A stretch of 64,000 nt of DNA from Actinomycetota bacterium (GTDB lineage Bacteria; Actinomycetota; Acidimicrobiia; Acidimicrobiales; VFJN01). Within the stretch, counting starts at the first letter, position 1; each line of letters starts with the position of its first letter. The notes beneath the pieces were generated by a model, which worked only from the letters and a program-made list of their open reading frames with translations, was not told the DNA's origin and did not search any database. Location: the NCBI GenBank assembly GCA_049325515.1, contig JBMOLI010000010.1:49602-113601 (forward strand), in the 5' to 3' direction. The translations under genes were made by a program, and so were the position numbers. Of the stretch, positions 1 through 9,777 are shown piece by piece.

Positions 1-578
1 TCCCAGGCATCGCCAAGGCGCTGTCCATGGCCTTCCACGACGACCCCGTCATGCAGTGGCTGTTCGGCGATCAGCACCCTCGCCCCATGCGCTACTCGGA
101 GCCGTTCTTCGCGCACGAAGGGGCACGCCACCTGCGCCACGAGCAGGTCTTCACCGTCGACGGCACTCCCGGCGCCGCCTACTGGGACCCGCCGGGGCGC
201 TGGAAGACCAAGCCGCGCGACATCCTCCGCCTGGCTCCGCTGATGGCACGGGGGATGGGCAGCCGCACCGTCAAGGCGCTGCGCGGCCTGAGCCGCATGG
301 AGGCGTTCCATGCAAGGCAGCCCGACCACTACTACCTCGCGGTGCTCGGCACCCGCCCCGACAGGCAGGGCGAGGGCCTCGGCAGCGCGCTCATGGCCCC
401 GGTGCTCGAGCGCTGCGATGCCGATGGCATCGGTGCATACCTGGAGAGCTCGAAGGAGTCGAACATCCCCTTCTACCGCCGGCACGGCTTCGAGGTGCTC
501 GGTGAGGTGTCGTTCCCGTCGGGCCCGACCATCTGGCCCATGTGGCGCGACCCGGGTCCCCCCGGAAGCCGCCCATGA
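1..578 (+). CDS. GNAT family N-acetyltransferase (5' end probably lies outside the window)
   Basis: ORF 27..578 stays open in the same frame back to base 3. The C-terminal part has GNAT-like motifs (RQGEGLGSALMAPVL, FYRRHGFEV). The N-terminal AFHDDPVMQWLF resembles the usual position ~30 of this family. Confidence 0.75.
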   Translation, partial: PGIAKALSMAFHDDPVMQWLFGDQHPRPMRYSEPFFAHEGARHLRHEQVFTVDGTPGAAYWDPPGRWKTKPRDILRLAPLMARGMGSRTVKALRGLSRMEAFHARQPDHYYLAVLGTRPDRQGEGLGSALMAPVLERCDADGIGAYLESSKESNIPFYRRHGFEVLGEVSFPSGPTIWPMWRDPGPPGSRP

Positions 579-1993
579 GCGAGTCGCTCATCGAGCCGAC
601 GAGGCGCTTCATCGACGCCGTCACCGAGGGCCTCGAGGAGGCTGCGAGCGGGGTCGGCGATGTGCGCCCCGATCGATGGCGACACGATGCCACGCTCGAG
701 GCGTTCAACCTGGTGTGCGGGCTGCTCGCGGCCGACGAGCGCGTGAGCGACGCCGAGCTGTGGGAGCTGCTCGCTGCGTTCGGACCCCTGCTGGAGACGC
801 GGCTGGCGGGGGCCACGCCCGAGGCACTGCGAGAGTCGGGCCTCGTCGACGCCCAACGCGGCTTCACGGCAGCTCCGTCCGCCTTGTTCGAGGTCCTGCT
901 TGCGGCCGACGCGCGTACGGGCGGCCGGCACGCGATGCGCTACTACGAACATGCCGTCGAGATCGCCTTCGCCGTCGGAGCGATCGACCTCCACACCTCA
1001 GAAGCTGAGCTGGCGGCGATCGAGGACTTCAGAGGCATGCTGCTCGGCGCTGTTCGAGGGGCAGCGGCCCCCGGCAGCGCGGCCCCCGCCACGGGCGCTG
1101 CCGCAGCTGCAGATGCCGCAACGGCAGAGGCGGCCACGCCGGCGCGGCCGATCGACGAGCTTCTGGCTGAGCTCGACGACCTGATCGGCCTCGACGACGT
1201 GAAGCACGAGGTCAAGCTCGTCACCAACCTCTTGCGCATCCAGCGAATACGTGCCGACCGCGGCCTGCCCGTGCTCGAGCAGAGCCGCCACCTGATCTTC
1301 ACGGGCAACCCCGGCACGGGAAAGACGACCGTCGCCCGTCTCCTCGCACAGATCTACCGGAGCCTCCAGGTCGTCGAGCGCGGGCACCTGGTGGAGACCG
1401 ATCGAGCCGGCCTGGTGGCCGGGTACGTGGGCCAGACCGCTCCCCTGGTGACAGCGCGCTTCGACGAGGCTGATCAGGGGGTGCTCCTGATCGACGAGGC
1501 GTACGCGCTCGTGCGCGGCGGCGAACGTGACTTCGGTCGCGAAGCGATCGACACGATCGTGAAGCTGATCGAGGACAGGCGCGACCGGATCGTCGTCATC
1601 ATGGCCGGCTACCCGGATGAGATGGATGAGCTGATCGTCTCCAACCCCGGTCTGCGATCACGGTTCCCGAAGGTGATCCACTTCCCCGACTACACGACCG
1701 ACGAGCTGCTCGCCATCATCGACAGCCTCGGCCAGCGCGGTGGGTACAGCCTCGATGCGGGAGCGCGGGCTCGCGCCCGCATCTGGCTCGACTCGGTGCC
1801 GCGCGACAAGGGCTTCGGCAACGGCCGAACCGCTCGCAACCTCTTCGAGCACGCCGTCGCCATGCATGCGACGCGCCTTGCATCGGTGGACCAGCCCACC
1901 GACATGGAGCTCACGGTCCTCGTGGCAGACGACGTCCCGCCGCCCGGGACAGGGCCGATCACGGCCACCCGCCCCTCGCTCAGTAGTTTCTGA
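575..1993 (+). CDS. AAA+ ATPase of CbxX/SpoVK type with TerB-like N-terminal domain
   Basis: Walker A GNPGTGKTT and Walker B VLLIDEAYAL, with a CbxX/SpoVK-like core. The N-terminal ~190 aa carries two TerB-like helical repeats (LLAADERVSDAELWELL; AVGAIDLHTSEAELAAIEDF). The ATG at 575 overlaps the GNAT stop (ATGA). Confidence 0.8.
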   Translation: MSESLIEPTRRFIDAVTEGLEEAASGVGDVRPDRWRHDATLEAFNLVCGLLAADERVSDAELWELLAAFGPLLETRLAGATPEALRESGLVDAQRGFTAAPSALFEVLLAADARTGGRHAMRYYEHAVEIAFAVGAIDLHTSEAELAAIEDFRGMLLGAVRGAAAPGSAAPATGAAAAADAATAEAATPARPIDELLAELDDLIGLDDVKHEVKLVTNLLRIQRIRADRGLPVLEQSRHLIFTGNPGTGKTTVARLLAQIYRSLQVVERGHLVETDRAGLVAGYVGQTAPLVTARFDEADQGVLLIDEAYALVRGGERDFGREAIDTIVKLIEDRRDRIVVIMAGYPDEMDELIVSNPGLRSRFPKVIHFPDYTTDELLAIIDSLGQRGGYSLDAGARARARIWLDSVPRDKGFGNGRTARNLFEHAVAMHATRLASVDQPTDMELTVLVADDVPPPGTGPITATRPSLSSF

Positions 1994-1996
1994 CGC

Positions 1997-2929
1997 GTGG
2001 CGCAGCGCGTGCTGGCGGTGCTGGGGGCTGTGGCGATCGTCCTGGTGGCGATCGTCGTGCGGGCTGCGATCGACGACGACGGCGGGCCCGGTGGCAGCGA
2101 CGACGACGGGAGCGAGCTGGTAGTGGCATGCGACACAGACCTCGCCGCCTACTGTGAGGCCCTGACGGGCCTCGACGGCCGCATCGTCGAGGCCTCCGAC
2201 GTCACGAGCCTCGGGATCCTCGGCGGCACCTTGAACGAGATCGATGCCTGGGTCACCACCGACGCCTGGTACGAGGTGACCGCCGGTCGCTCCGCACGGC
2301 CGATCGGCGAAGCCGAGCTGCTGGCGTCGAGCCCGATCGTCGTGGCAGCCGATCCGGATCGCGTCGCGGCGGTGGAGACGCTCTGCTCAGGTCGCGCGAC
2401 CTGGCGTTGCCTGGGTGACAGAGCTGGGGAGCCTTGGGACACGATCGGCGGCCAAGCGGCGTGGGGGCGGCTCAGCGCTGGACTCCCCGATGCCGACACC
2501 TCGACCGGTCTCAGCGTGCTCGCTGCCGTTGCGATCGGGTACTTCGGCGACGCCGACTTCGCCGCCAACGAGTTCGACGACGCCTTCGCCAGCTGGCTCG
2601 CCAAGCTCTCCCTGCCGGCGCCCGGCGGAGACCCCGACCCCGCCAACACGCTCGTCGTGCGCCGTGGCACCTACAGCGTGGCGGGCACTACGGCCGCCCG
2701 TCTCAGCGGCATCAGCCGGCCGGTCGGGCGCGTCGACGCGGAGCCACCGGTCGAGGCCGGCATCGTGCTCGTGCGGCTTGCCGGCGGTGACGACATCGAT
2801 GCCATCGACCAGCTGCGCGACGATCTTGTCGCGTCAGGCTGGACACGGGCTTCTGGCCAACCCGAAATGATGCTCAAGCCAGGAGTCCTGGCCGCCCTGC
2901 ACACCCTCTGGATGGAGGTCGCCCGATGA
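1997..2929 (+). CDS. membrane-anchored solute-binding-like protein (paralogous to the N-terminal half of the next gene)
   Basis: GTG start lies 3 nt after the upstream stop. N-terminal TM helix (VLAVLGAVAIVLVAIVV) is followed by an acidic linker. WGRLSAGLPDADTSTGLSVLAAVAIGYF aligns by eye with WGAFRLGKTNPNFSTSGLSALIAQAYA of the 608-aa neighbour. Confidence 0.6.
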   Translation: MAQRVLAVLGAVAIVLVAIVVRAAIDDDGGPGGSDDDGSELVVACDTDLAAYCEALTGLDGRIVEASDVTSLGILGGTLNEIDAWVTTDAWYEVTAGRSARPIGEAELLASSPIVVAADPDRVAAVETLCSGRATWRCLGDRAGEPWDTIGGQAAWGRLSAGLPDADTSTGLSVLAAVAIGYFGDADFAANEFDDAFASWLAKLSLPAPGGDPDPANTLVVRRGTYSVAGTTAARLSGISRPVGRVDAEPPVEAGIVLVRLAGGDDIDAIDQLRDDLVASGWTRASGQPEMMLKPGVLAALHTLWMEVAR

Positions 2930-4752
2930 CCCGCTCGCTCGTCCGCTCGCTCGCAGCAGTAGTAGCGCTCGGCTTGGCGGCGGCAGCCTGTGCCGCATCC
3001 GAGGACGACGCGGGCGACGGGTTGTCCGATGGCAACGTGCTCGATGACCCGGGCGACTGCATCGTCGTCGACCTGTCGGTGTCGTCGGAGAAGATCCAGC
3101 TGCTCACCGACCTTGCCCACGACTTCAACCGGAGCGACGAGGCCAGGGTCGACGACCGTTGCGTGTTCGCGCGCGTGCAGAGCAAGGCGAGCGGTGGTGC
3201 GGCGCAGCTGCTAGCGGGAGGTTGGGACGAAGCGACCGAGGGTCCGCGGCCCGTCATCTGGTCACCAGCTGCATCGAGCTGGGGCGCGATCCTCAACCAG
3301 CGGCTCGAATCGAGTGGAAGATCCCCGATGACGGGCGACTTCACATCGTTCATGCTCACGCCGCTCGTGATCGCGATGCCGAGGCCCATGGCGGAGGCGC
3401 TGGGCTGGCCCGACGAATCGCTCGGCTACGCGGACATCCTCGCCCTGTCGCAGGACCCGAACGGGTGGGCGACGCACGGCCGGCCCGAGTGGGGGGCGTT
3501 CCGGCTGGGCAAGACCAACCCCAACTTCTCGACCAGCGGCCTGTCTGCCCTGATCGCGCAGGCCTACGCCGCGAACGGCAAGACCTCGGGTCTGTCCCTG
3601 GAGGACCTCGACAAGCCCACGACCCAGCAGTTCGCGCGCGGAGTCGAGTCAGCCGTGGTGCACTACGGCGACATCACCATGACCTTCATGAACAACTGGT
3701 TCCGAGCCGACCAGCGCGGCAACCCGTTCGGGTACGTGTCGGCGGTGGCCGTCGAGGAGAAGACGGTCATCGACTACAACAGCGGCAACCCCGACGGGAT
3801 CCTCCAAGAGGGCGAGGAGCCTCGTGAGCCGCGCGTGCCGCTCGTGGCGATCTACCCGGAGGAGGGCACGCTCTACTCCGACAACCCGCTGTTCGTGCTC
3901 GACGCCGAGTGGGTCGACGGGGACGAGGCCGAGGGTGCGGCCAAGTTCATCGAGTTCGTGCAAGAGCCCGCCAACCAGCGCAAGGTCCTCGAGTTCGGGT
4001 TCCGCCCCGGCAACCCGGATGTTGCGATCGGCACCCCGATCGACTCCGGGCATGGAGTCGATCCCGACCAGCCGCAGACCCTGCTGGAGGTGCCGTCGCC
4101 TGCCGTGCTCGCTCGTCTGCTCGATGACTGGCAGGACCAGCGCAAGCCTGCACGCGTCGTGCTGCTCGTCGACGTGTCCGGCTCGATGGGCGACATCGCC
4201 GATCCCGACACTGGCGCCACCAAGCTCGACCTCGCCAAGGAGGCCGCCATCGGAGCGCTCGACGACTTCAATGACGACGACGAGGTCGGCCTGCGCGTCT
4301 TCACCACCGACATCGCCGTCGACGCAGAGGTGCTCACGCTCGTGGAGACAGCGCGCGTCGGTGACGTGCGCGAGCAGCTGAAGACGAAGATCCGAGACCT
4401 GGTGCCCCTCAACGGCACGCCCCTCTACCGCGCCACGCAGACGGCCTACGAGGACCAGCTCGACACGTACGACCCCACGCGCATCAACGCGGTGGTGCTG
4501 CTCTCCGATGGCATGAACGACGACGGCGAGCCCGACGACGATCGAGAGCAGCTCGAAGAGCTGCTCGACGCGCTGACGTCCGACACGGAAGGGCGGGGGC
4601 AGGCGGTGCGCGTGTTCCCGATCTCCTACGGCGAGGGCGCGGACCTGGCCACCCTGCGCCGCATCGCCGAGGCCAGCCAGGCCGCCGTCTACGACTCGAG
4701 TGATCCGCGCAGCATCAGCAAGGTGTTCGTGGCCGTCGTCTCCAACTTCTGA
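2926..4752 (+). CDS. exported solute-binding-like plus von Willebrand factor A (vWA) domain protein, probable lipoprotein
   Basis: ATGA overlap with the upstream gene. Signal or lipobox-like N-terminus (LGLAAAACAAS). C-terminal vWA domain with MIDAS elements (LLVDVSGSMGD, NGTPLY, LLSDGMND). Confidence 0.8.
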   Translation: MTRSLVRSLAAVVALGLAAAACAASEDDAGDGLSDGNVLDDPGDCIVVDLSVSSEKIQLLTDLAHDFNRSDEARVDDRCVFARVQSKASGGAAQLLAGGWDEATEGPRPVIWSPAASSWGAILNQRLESSGRSPMTGDFTSFMLTPLVIAMPRPMAEALGWPDESLGYADILALSQDPNGWATHGRPEWGAFRLGKTNPNFSTSGLSALIAQAYAANGKTSGLSLEDLDKPTTQQFARGVESAVVHYGDITMTFMNNWFRADQRGNPFGYVSAVAVEEKTVIDYNSGNPDGILQEGEEPREPRVPLVAIYPEEGTLYSDNPLFVLDAEWVDGDEAEGAAKFIEFVQEPANQRKVLEFGFRPGNPDVAIGTPIDSGHGVDPDQPQTLLEVPSPAVLARLLDDWQDQRKPARVVLLVDVSGSMGDIADPDTGATKLDLAKEAAIGALDDFNDDDEVGLRVFTTDIAVDAEVLTLVETARVGDVREQLKTKIRDLVPLNGTPLYRATQTAYEDQLDTYDPTRINAVVLLSDGMNDDGEPDDDREQLEELLDALTSDTEGRGQAVRVFPISYGEGADLATLRRIAEASQAAVYDSSDPRSISKVFVAVVSNF

Positions 4753-4779
4753 CGGGCGCCAGCCCGTAGCCTGCGGCCC

Positions 4780-5550
4780 ATGGCCAGGCTCTCGCTTCGC
4801 GACCGGTTCTTCACGCCGCCGGTCGCACGGGCCATCACCTCTCCTTCGGGCATCCTCGCGCTAGGTCTGGGCGCCGGCCTCGGGATCATGACGGGCGGCG
4901 GGCTCCTCGCAGCTGTCGCAGGTGGCATCGCCGCGTATGCAGCACGTGTCGGCCTCGCCATCCCGCGCACCCCCCAGGAGCAGCGCATCGACCCGTTCAC
5001 GCTGTCGGAGCCGTGGCGCCACTACGTGCAGGACGCCCTTCAGGCCCACACGCGCTTCCGGGAGGCGGTGCACGGAGCCCGACCCGGACCCACACAGGAG
5101 CGGCTGCGCCAGATCGATGACCGCGTCGACACGGGGGTGCGCGAGGTCTGGCGCATCGCTCGGCGGGGTCACGATCTGGTGGACGCTCGCCGGCGGCTCG
5201 ACCCCGACGCGGTCCGCCGCGAGATCGCCGCCTCCGAATCGCTGCCACATGACCCAGATGGCAGCCCGACGCGTGACCGCATGCGTGAGGCGCTGCAAGC
5301 GCAGCTCGCCACCGTGGAGCGACTGGAGCGCGTCATCCGCGATGCGGACGATCGGCTGCGCCTGCTCAACGCCCGCCTCGACGAAGCCGCCGCACGCACG
5401 ATCGAGCTCGCCGTTCAGGCGAGCGACGTGTCCGACCTCGGCGGTCTCGGCCAGGACGTCGACCAGATGGTCGACGAGATGGAAGCCCTTCGCCAGGCCA
5501 TCGAGGAGACCGGCGGCGGGAGCAGCGCCGCTGCGACGGGAGCTGGGTGA
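4780..5550 (+). CDS. membrane-anchored coiled-coil protein, function unknown
   Basis: Two Gly/Ala-rich hydrophobic segments at the N-terminus (GILALGLGAGLGIMTGGGLLAAVAGGIAAYAA). A long Arg/Glu/Leu-rich helical region follows. The stop overlaps the murJ start (GTGA). Confidence 0.55.
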   Translation: MARLSLRDRFFTPPVARAITSPSGILALGLGAGLGIMTGGGLLAAVAGGIAAYAARVGLAIPRTPQEQRIDPFTLSEPWRHYVQDALQAHTRFREAVHGARPGPTQERLRQIDDRVDTGVREVWRIARRGHDLVDARRRLDPDAVRREIAASESLPHDPDGSPTRDRMREALQAQLATVERLERVIRDADDRLRLLNARLDEAAARTIELAVQASDVSDLGGLGQDVDQMVDEMEALRQAIEETGGGSSAAATGAG

Positions 5551-7223
5551 GCGATCTCACAGGAGACGACGCGATCCCGCAGCGGCGCGGCTCCTACATG
5601 GTCGCGGCCGGGATCCTGCTCTCGCGGCTAGCAGGTCTCGTCCGCGAAATAGCGATCTCCGGCTACCTCGGCGTCGGTGCAACCGCAGACGTCTTCAAGG
5701 CGGCGCTACGCATCCCGAACCTGCTCCAGAACCTGTTGGGCGAAGGCGTGCTGTCCGCCTCGTTCATCCCCGTGTACTCGAGGTTGCTCGACGACGACCG
5801 CGCCAAGGCCAACCGCCTGGCCGGGAACATCCTCGGGATGATCCTCGTCGCCACCGCGGCGATCGTGGCGTTGGGCATGCTCCTTGCCCGGCCCCTCACC
5901 CAGCTGATCACACCCGGGTTCAGCGGCGAGCGGCTCGAGCTCGCGACAACGCTCCTGCGGATCATGTTCCCGGGGATCGCGCTGCTCGCGCTATCGGCCT
6001 TCTGCACGGGGATCCTCAACAGCCATCGCCAGTTCTTCCTCTCCTATGTCTCACCCGTGATGTGGAACGCCGCCCAGATCGCGTTCGTGGTGGCAGCGGG
6101 CGTCTACGGGGCGACCGACGTCGGCATCGCTCACGCGCTCGCCTGGGGCGTGGTGGCGGGCGGTGCGCTCCAAGTGGCTGTACAGGCGCGTCCCGTGATG
6201 CGTCTGATGCGCGGCTCTCGCCTCGCGATGGCGCGCGACGACCCTGACGTCCGTGATGTGCTGGGGCGCTTCGCTCCCGTGGTCGTCGGTCGCGGCGTCG
6301 TGCAGGTGCTGAGCTACGTCGATCTCGTGCTGGCCAGCCTGCTCGCCATCGGAGCCGTGTCGGCTCTGACCTACGGCCAGGTGCTCTACCTGCTTCCGAT
6401 CAGCCTCTTCGGCATGGCTGTGGCAGCTGCCGAGCTGCCCGAGCTCTCCCGCCTCGGGCGTGCCGGTCGGGGCGCCATCCGAGAGCGACTCCACACGGGC
6501 ATGGAGCGCATCACCTTCTACGTCGCGATCACCGCGTCGGTCTACGTGTTCGCTGGCGACGTGCTGGTCGGGGTTCTCCTACAGCGCGGCGAGTTCGGCG
6601 CGCAGGACACGCGACTCGTCTGGCTCGTCGTCGCTGCCTTCGCGCTCGGCTTGCTCGGCACGACGCGGTCACGTCTCCTGCAGAACGGCCTCTACGCGCT
6701 CGACAGACCGAAGCTCGTGGCACGCATCGCGATCCTGCGGGTGGCGTTGGCGGCCGCGCTCGGTGCGCTGTTCATGTTCCCGCTCGACCGTCTGGCGATC
6801 GTGGGCACGTCGGTGCATCGGCTCGGTGACCTCGGACTGTCCCCACTTCCCGACAGCCTGCGTCTGGAGCTCACCGGCCCGCCAAGGCTCGGTGTCGTGG
6901 GCCTGGCACTCGGCGCGGCGATCTCGTCGTGGGTCGAGTACCGCCTGCTGCGCGGTGCGCTCGAGTGGCGCATCGGGCGGCTTCCCCGATTGGGCCACGA
7001 CAGCCGCTGGTCGCTGCTGGCCGCGGCCGCCTGCGGGGTTCTGGCGGCTGGGCTCCGGTCTGTGACCGACGATGCGCCACGCCTTGTTGCTGCGCTCGTC
7101 GTGCTGGTGCCGACGGGCGTCGCCTACCTCACGATCACCGCCACGATGCAGGTCTCAGAGGCCAGCGCAGTCGTGGCGAGAGCACGCAGGCTGCTGCCGG
7201 TTTCGCCCCGGGATGGGCGTTAG
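5547..7223 (+). CDS. murJ: lipid II flippase MurJ (MviN family)
   Basis: Characteristic N-terminus LSRLAGLVREIAISGYLG..ADVFKAALRIPNLLQNLLGEGVLSASFIPVYS. Polytopic membrane protein of ~558 aa. Confidence 0.9.
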   Translation: MSDLTGDDAIPQRRGSYMVAAGILLSRLAGLVREIAISGYLGVGATADVFKAALRIPNLLQNLLGEGVLSASFIPVYSRLLDDDRAKANRLAGNILGMILVATAAIVALGMLLARPLTQLITPGFSGERLELATTLLRIMFPGIALLALSAFCTGILNSHRQFFLSYVSPVMWNAAQIAFVVAAGVYGATDVGIAHALAWGVVAGGALQVAVQARPVMRLMRGSRLAMARDDPDVRDVLGRFAPVVVGRGVVQVLSYVDLVLASLLAIGAVSALTYGQVLYLLPISLFGMAVAAAELPELSRLGRAGRGAIRERLHTGMERITFYVAITASVYVFAGDVLVGVLLQRGEFGAQDTRLVWLVVAAFALGLLGTTRSRLLQNGLYALDRPKLVARIAILRVALAAALGALFMFPLDRLAIVGTSVHRLGDLGLSPLPDSLRLELTGPPRLGVVGLALGAAISSWVEYRLLRGALEWRIGRLPRLGHDSRWSLLAAAACGVLAAGLRSVTDDAPRLVAALVVLVPTGVAYLTITATMQVSEASAVVARARRLLPVSPRDGR

Positions 7224-7233
7224 GCTCGCCCGC

Positions 7234-8034
7234 ATGTTCAGAGCCCTAAGGCGTCTTTGGAAGTACCTCGGAGCGAAGCTCAGCTCCAGTTTCAACGAGA
7301 AGGCCGATCCCAAGGTCCAGCTCGAGCAGGCGATCCTCGAGGCGCAGGAGCAGCACCGCAAGCTGCGCGAGCAGGCCGCCAACGTGATCGCCAACCAGAA
7401 GCAGACCGAGATGCGCCTCGATCGAGCGATGGAAGAGCTGGAGAAGGTGGAGGGGAACGCGCGGCAGGCCGTCCTCATGGCCGACGAGGCCGCCAAGCAG
7501 GGCGACTCCGCCAAGGTCGCCGAGCTCACGTCAGCGGCGGAGTCCTTTGCCACTCGCCTGATCGCCATCGAGAGCGAGGTGGACGGGCTCAAGCAGCTGG
7601 CACTCCAGTCGGCCCAGGCCTCCGACCAGGCGAAGGCGGCGGTCCAGCAGAACGCCAGCCAGCTGCAGAAGAAGCTGGCCGAGCGCAACAAGCTGCTCTC
7701 GCAGCTCGACCAAGCCAAGATGCAGGAGCAGGTCAACAAGGCAATGGCGTCGCTGTCGGAGACCGTCGGGCAAGACGTCCCCACCTTCGACGAGGTGCGC
7801 GACAAGATCGAGGCGCGCTACGCCAAGGCCAAGGGCGTCTCCGAGCTCACGGAGTCATCGGTCGAGAGCCGCATGCTCGAGGTGGAGCAGGCTGCCGCCA
7901 ACACCGAGGCGCAGGCTCGCCTCGCCAAGATCCGCGCCCAGCTCGGACTCACGCCCGCTACGGCTGAGGAGTCGCCGGCCGGCACCGCCGAGGCGGCCGT
8001 CGAGCCCGGCTCGACCGAGACCGGAACAGCCTGA
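7234..8034 (+). CDS. pspA: PspA/IM30 family protein
   Basis: Start at the internal ATG (MFRALRRLWKYLGAKLSS..). Contains NEKADPKVQLEQAILEAQEQHRKLREQAA and a long coiled coil typical of PspA/IM30. Confidence 0.85.
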   Translation: MFRALRRLWKYLGAKLSSSFNEKADPKVQLEQAILEAQEQHRKLREQAANVIANQKQTEMRLDRAMEELEKVEGNARQAVLMADEAAKQGDSAKVAELTSAAESFATRLIAIESEVDGLKQLALQSAQASDQAKAAVQQNASQLQKKLAERNKLLSQLDQAKMQEQVNKAMASLSETVGQDVPTFDEVRDKIEARYAKAKGVSELTESSVESRMLEVEQAAANTEAQARLAKIRAQLGLTPATAEESPAGTAEAAVEPGSTETGTA

Positions 8035-8039
8035 CGAGC

Positions 8040-8672
8040 TTGGCTTCCGGGGCAACGGAGCCAACGGGCCTCGGCCCCGAGGTCGGCGTCGGGCCCTACC
8101 CCCAGCCGTGGCCTGACGACCCGCGGCTCGACCGTACGCTGCTGGCCGAGGGCGACCAGCGCAACGTCGTCGACCGCTACCGCTACTGGAGCATCGACGC
8201 CATCGTCGCCGACCTCGATGAGCGACGGCACCCGTTCCACGTGGCGATCGAGAACTGGACGAGCGATCTCAACATCGGGACCGTGGTGCGCAACGCCAAC
8301 GCGTTCCTGGCTGCATCCGTGCGAATCGTGGGCAACCGCAAGTGGAACCGGCGCGGTGCGATGGTGACCGATCGGTACCAGCACGTCGCACATCACGACG
8401 ACGTGGACGCGCTCCTGGCGTGGGCGATGGCGGAGGACCTGCCCGTGGTCGGCATCGACAACCTGCCAGGTGCCACACCGCTCGAACGGACTGACCTGCC
8501 CGAGCGATGTGTCCTGCTGTTCGGTCAAGAGGGCCCTGGGCTCTCGGTAGATGCCCGTGAGGCGTGCGCCGTCGTCTGCTCGATAACCCAGGTCGGCTCG
8601 ACCCGTTCGATCAACGCCGGTGTGGCCAGCGGCATCGCCATGCACACCTGGCTCCGCCAGCACGCCCTCTGA
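8040..8672 (+). CDS. TrmH/SpoU family RNA 2'-O-methyltransferase
   Basis: SpoU motifs NIGTVVRNANAF, LLFGQEGPGLS and GSTRSINAGVASGIAMH. TTG start is uncertain. Confidence 0.8.
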   Translation: MASGATEPTGLGPEVGVGPYPQPWPDDPRLDRTLLAEGDQRNVVDRYRYWSIDAIVADLDERRHPFHVAIENWTSDLNIGTVVRNANAFLAASVRIVGNRKWNRRGAMVTDRYQHVAHHDDVDALLAWAMAEDLPVVGIDNLPGATPLERTDLPERCVLLFGQEGPGLSVDAREACAVVCSITQVGSTRSINAGVASGIAMHTWLRQHAL

Positions 8673-8682
8673 AGACCCACGC

Positions 8683-9777
8683 CTAGGGCAGGACGACGAG
8701 GTCGTCGCGGTGGACGACCTCGTGGGGGACGCCCTCGGGCAGCTCGGCTGTTCGCATGCCGGCCACCTGGCGCAGGCTGACTGATCCCAGCCTGGTCAGC
8801 CCCTTGGCGAAGACCTTGCCATCCGGGCCGGCGATCTCGACGGCGTCGTCGACCTCGAAGCTGCCCTTGATGCCCTTCACGCCCGCCGCGAGCAGCGAGA
8901 CCCCGCGCTCGAGCAAGACCGAGCGGGCACCCTCGTCGACCATCACCGTGCCGTTGGAGCCGACCGCGAACGCGATCCACAGCTTGCGAGCGGGCAGACG
9001 CTTCGCCTTCGGTTGCACGACAGTGCCGGCGCCAGCCTCACCAGAGACGACCGCGGCCAGCACCTCTGCGCGGGACGCCTGGGCGATGACCGCTCGCACA
9101 CCCGACCAAGCGGCGATCTTGGCCGCCGCCAGCTTCGATGCCATCCCGCCACTCCCCCGGGCAGTGCCCGTGCCCCCCGCCAGCGCCTCGAGCGAGTGGT
9201 CGACCTCGACGATCTCCTCGATCAGTGAGGCCGATGCATCGAGCCGCGGATCGGCGGTGAGCAGTCCCGGCGCATCAGTGAGCAGCACGAGGAGGTCGGC
9301 CGCAACCAGGTGTGCGACGAGTGCGGCCAGGCGGTCGTTGTCACCGAAGCGGATCTCGTCGTCCGCGATCGCGTCGTTCTCGTTCACGACGGGCACGACC
9401 CCAAGATCGAGCAGTCGGCCGAGCGTGGCGCGCGCGTGCAGGTACTGCTGGCGGATCATGAAGTCGAGAGGGGCTAGCAGCACCTGCCCGCTGACCATGC
9501 CGTGGAACGCCAGCGCCTTCTCGTACACGCGCATCAAGCGGGTCTGCCCCACGGCCGAGGCGGCCTGCAACGTGACGGCGTCACGAGGCCGCGTGCCCTC
9601 GTCGTAGCCGAGCGCAGGTAGGCCGGCCGCGATCGCACCCGACGTCACCATCACGACGCGGTGACCCAGCCGACGCAGCCCAGCTACCTCTGAGCAGAAC
9701 TTCTGGACCGCGGCATCGTCGATGGCGCCGTGGGCGGTGGTGATGGAGGAGGTGCCGATCTTGGCGACGACGATCAT
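8683..9777 (-). CDS. proB: glutamate 5-kinase
   Basis: Amino-acid kinase fold N-terminus (VVAKIGTSSIT, VVMVTSGAIAAG) and a C-terminal PUA-like region. ATGA overlap with obg. Confidence 0.93.
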   Translation of the reverse strand: MIVVAKIGTSSITTAHGAIDDAAVQKFCSEVAGLRRLGHRVVMVTSGAIAAGLPALGYDEGTRPRDAVTLQAASAVGQTRLMRVYEKALAFHGMVSGQVLLAPLDFMIRQQYLHARATLGRLLDLGVVPVVNENDAIADDEIRFGDNDRLAALVAHLVAADLLVLLTDAPGLLTADPRLDASASLIEEIVEVDHSLEALAGGTGTARGSGGMASKLAAAKIAAWSGVRAVIAQASRAEVLAAVVSGEAGAGTVVQPKAKRLPARKLWIAFAVGSNGTVMVDEGARSVLLERGVSLLAAGVKGIKGSFEVDDAVEIAGPDGKVFAKGLTRLGSVSLRQVAGMRTAELPEGVPHEVVHRDDLVVLP

